This document shows, piece after piece, positions 63,105-64,000 of a DNA stretch of 64,000 bases. A program made the position numbers and the translations under genes. This stretch comes from Perna viridis. Taxonomy: Eukaryota. The stretch covers positions 50,013,195 through 50,077,194 of the forward strand of contig CM074513.1 in NCBI GenBank assembly GCA_037379345.1. Reading direction: 5' to 3'. The notes under the pieces were generated by a model, which saw only the letters and a list, made by a program, of their open reading frames with translations, did no database searches and had not been told where the DNA came from. Position 1 is the first letter of the stretch. Every line of letters begins with the position of its first letter.

Positions 63105-64000
63105 AATCGCTCGGGAATTAACACCACCAAATTCCCGACCGTTTATCAACACTTTAATCAACAAGATCATTCAATACTCTCTATGGAAGTTCGTATTTTT
63201 GAAAAAAAAAATACCATCCTACGAACAGTCCCCTTCTAAGTAAAAACTATCGTAGGGAAAGAGAGGAGTACTGGATACGCAGACTAGGTACTACAATACC
63301 TTACGGATGCAATGACAACATTAAAAGTATAGGAAGCCTTTCAAACCAATATAACAGTAGCATAAATGTAATGAATTTATTTGACAAAAATCCAAGACGG
63401 GAAGGAGTCATGGCCATCGCCACTATACGTCACCTAAGTTACATGATGTATCCATAGATGGTCTGCTTCCGTCCATGCAATAGCCTCTTGGACTTCATCA
63501 CATTAGAAGCAAACTTTATTCTATACCTCTAACTCTACTACACTCCCTTTACAAAACAAGTCTTGACAATCCTGTTTCTGACCCAACCTCATCATTATAC
63601 AGACTTGTTACCAACATTTTGGATATTGGTTTCCACAGACTCTTTAAACCAGTTTGTGTGAAAAGTCAAGATGAAGAAAAACGATCATTTCTTCCACTAC
63701 CGTTTGTCAACAAAGGTATAGATGCAATTAATTTGGCTAACATCCTCCATCACAAAAATGTCACCAACAAAATTCCCCAATATTTCAAAGACAAATCCAT
63801 ACCAATTATTTCATATTCCTATACTTCACCCATTGCATCCAAAATTGTCAATTATAAAAGGCTATTGCAGAACCTCGAGATTGAGGACTTCAAGGCTAAA
63901 CCACCTGACTGTTCTTGCAAAAACTCTCCATTCAAATATGGTCCTTCTGATCACGTCGTTACGGGAGATTTAACCATCATCGAAAACGAATCTCAGCGTA
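63105..64000 (+). mobile_element. Naiad Penelope-like element, N-terminal region (GIY-YIG C-terminal half plus CxC linker), frameshifted, running off the window
   Basis: VYQHFNQQDHSILSM..RREREEYWIRRLGTTIPYGCND...FVNKGIDAINL..PIISYSYT..PPDCSCKNSPFKYGPSDHVVTGDL: endonuclease end followed by the CxC...HVxTGDL linker of N-terminal-EN PLEs. Confidence 0.85.

Overview
AT-rich, repeat-dense eukaryotic genomic DNA. It is probably from a bivalve mollusc, inferred from the repeat families. The main finding is a 22-exon + strand gene (ATG 25627 to TAA 49251) that I assembled by hand from GT-AG junctions with consistent intron phases. It gives one uninterrupted 2502-nt reading frame (833 aa): signal peptide, Ig domain, Sema domain, PSI, FN3, transmembrane helix and a 75-aa tail. 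An Ig domain placed N-terminal to the Sema propeller fits no semaphorin or plexin class I know. The ORF track shows only fragments of this gene. The window also holds 3' exons of a convergent ceramide/sphingosine-kinase-like gene (- strand, about 60.1-62.5 kb) and a disabled, intron-containing DUF6589-like gene with an internal PHD finger (1-3150). Mobile DNA includes a full-length but degenerate RTE-X-like LINE (7.5-12.45 kb), a degenerate CR1-like LINE (51.5-56.1 kb) and about nine fragments of Naiad-type Penelope-like elements whose 3' UTR can fold into a multi-way junction. There are also piggyBac, Kolobok and other TTAA-flanked MITEs, palindromic Crypton-like repeats, tRNA-derived SINE-like units and Helentron/HINE-like repeats with internal tandem arrays. 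All calls come from reading the sequence; no database searches were run.
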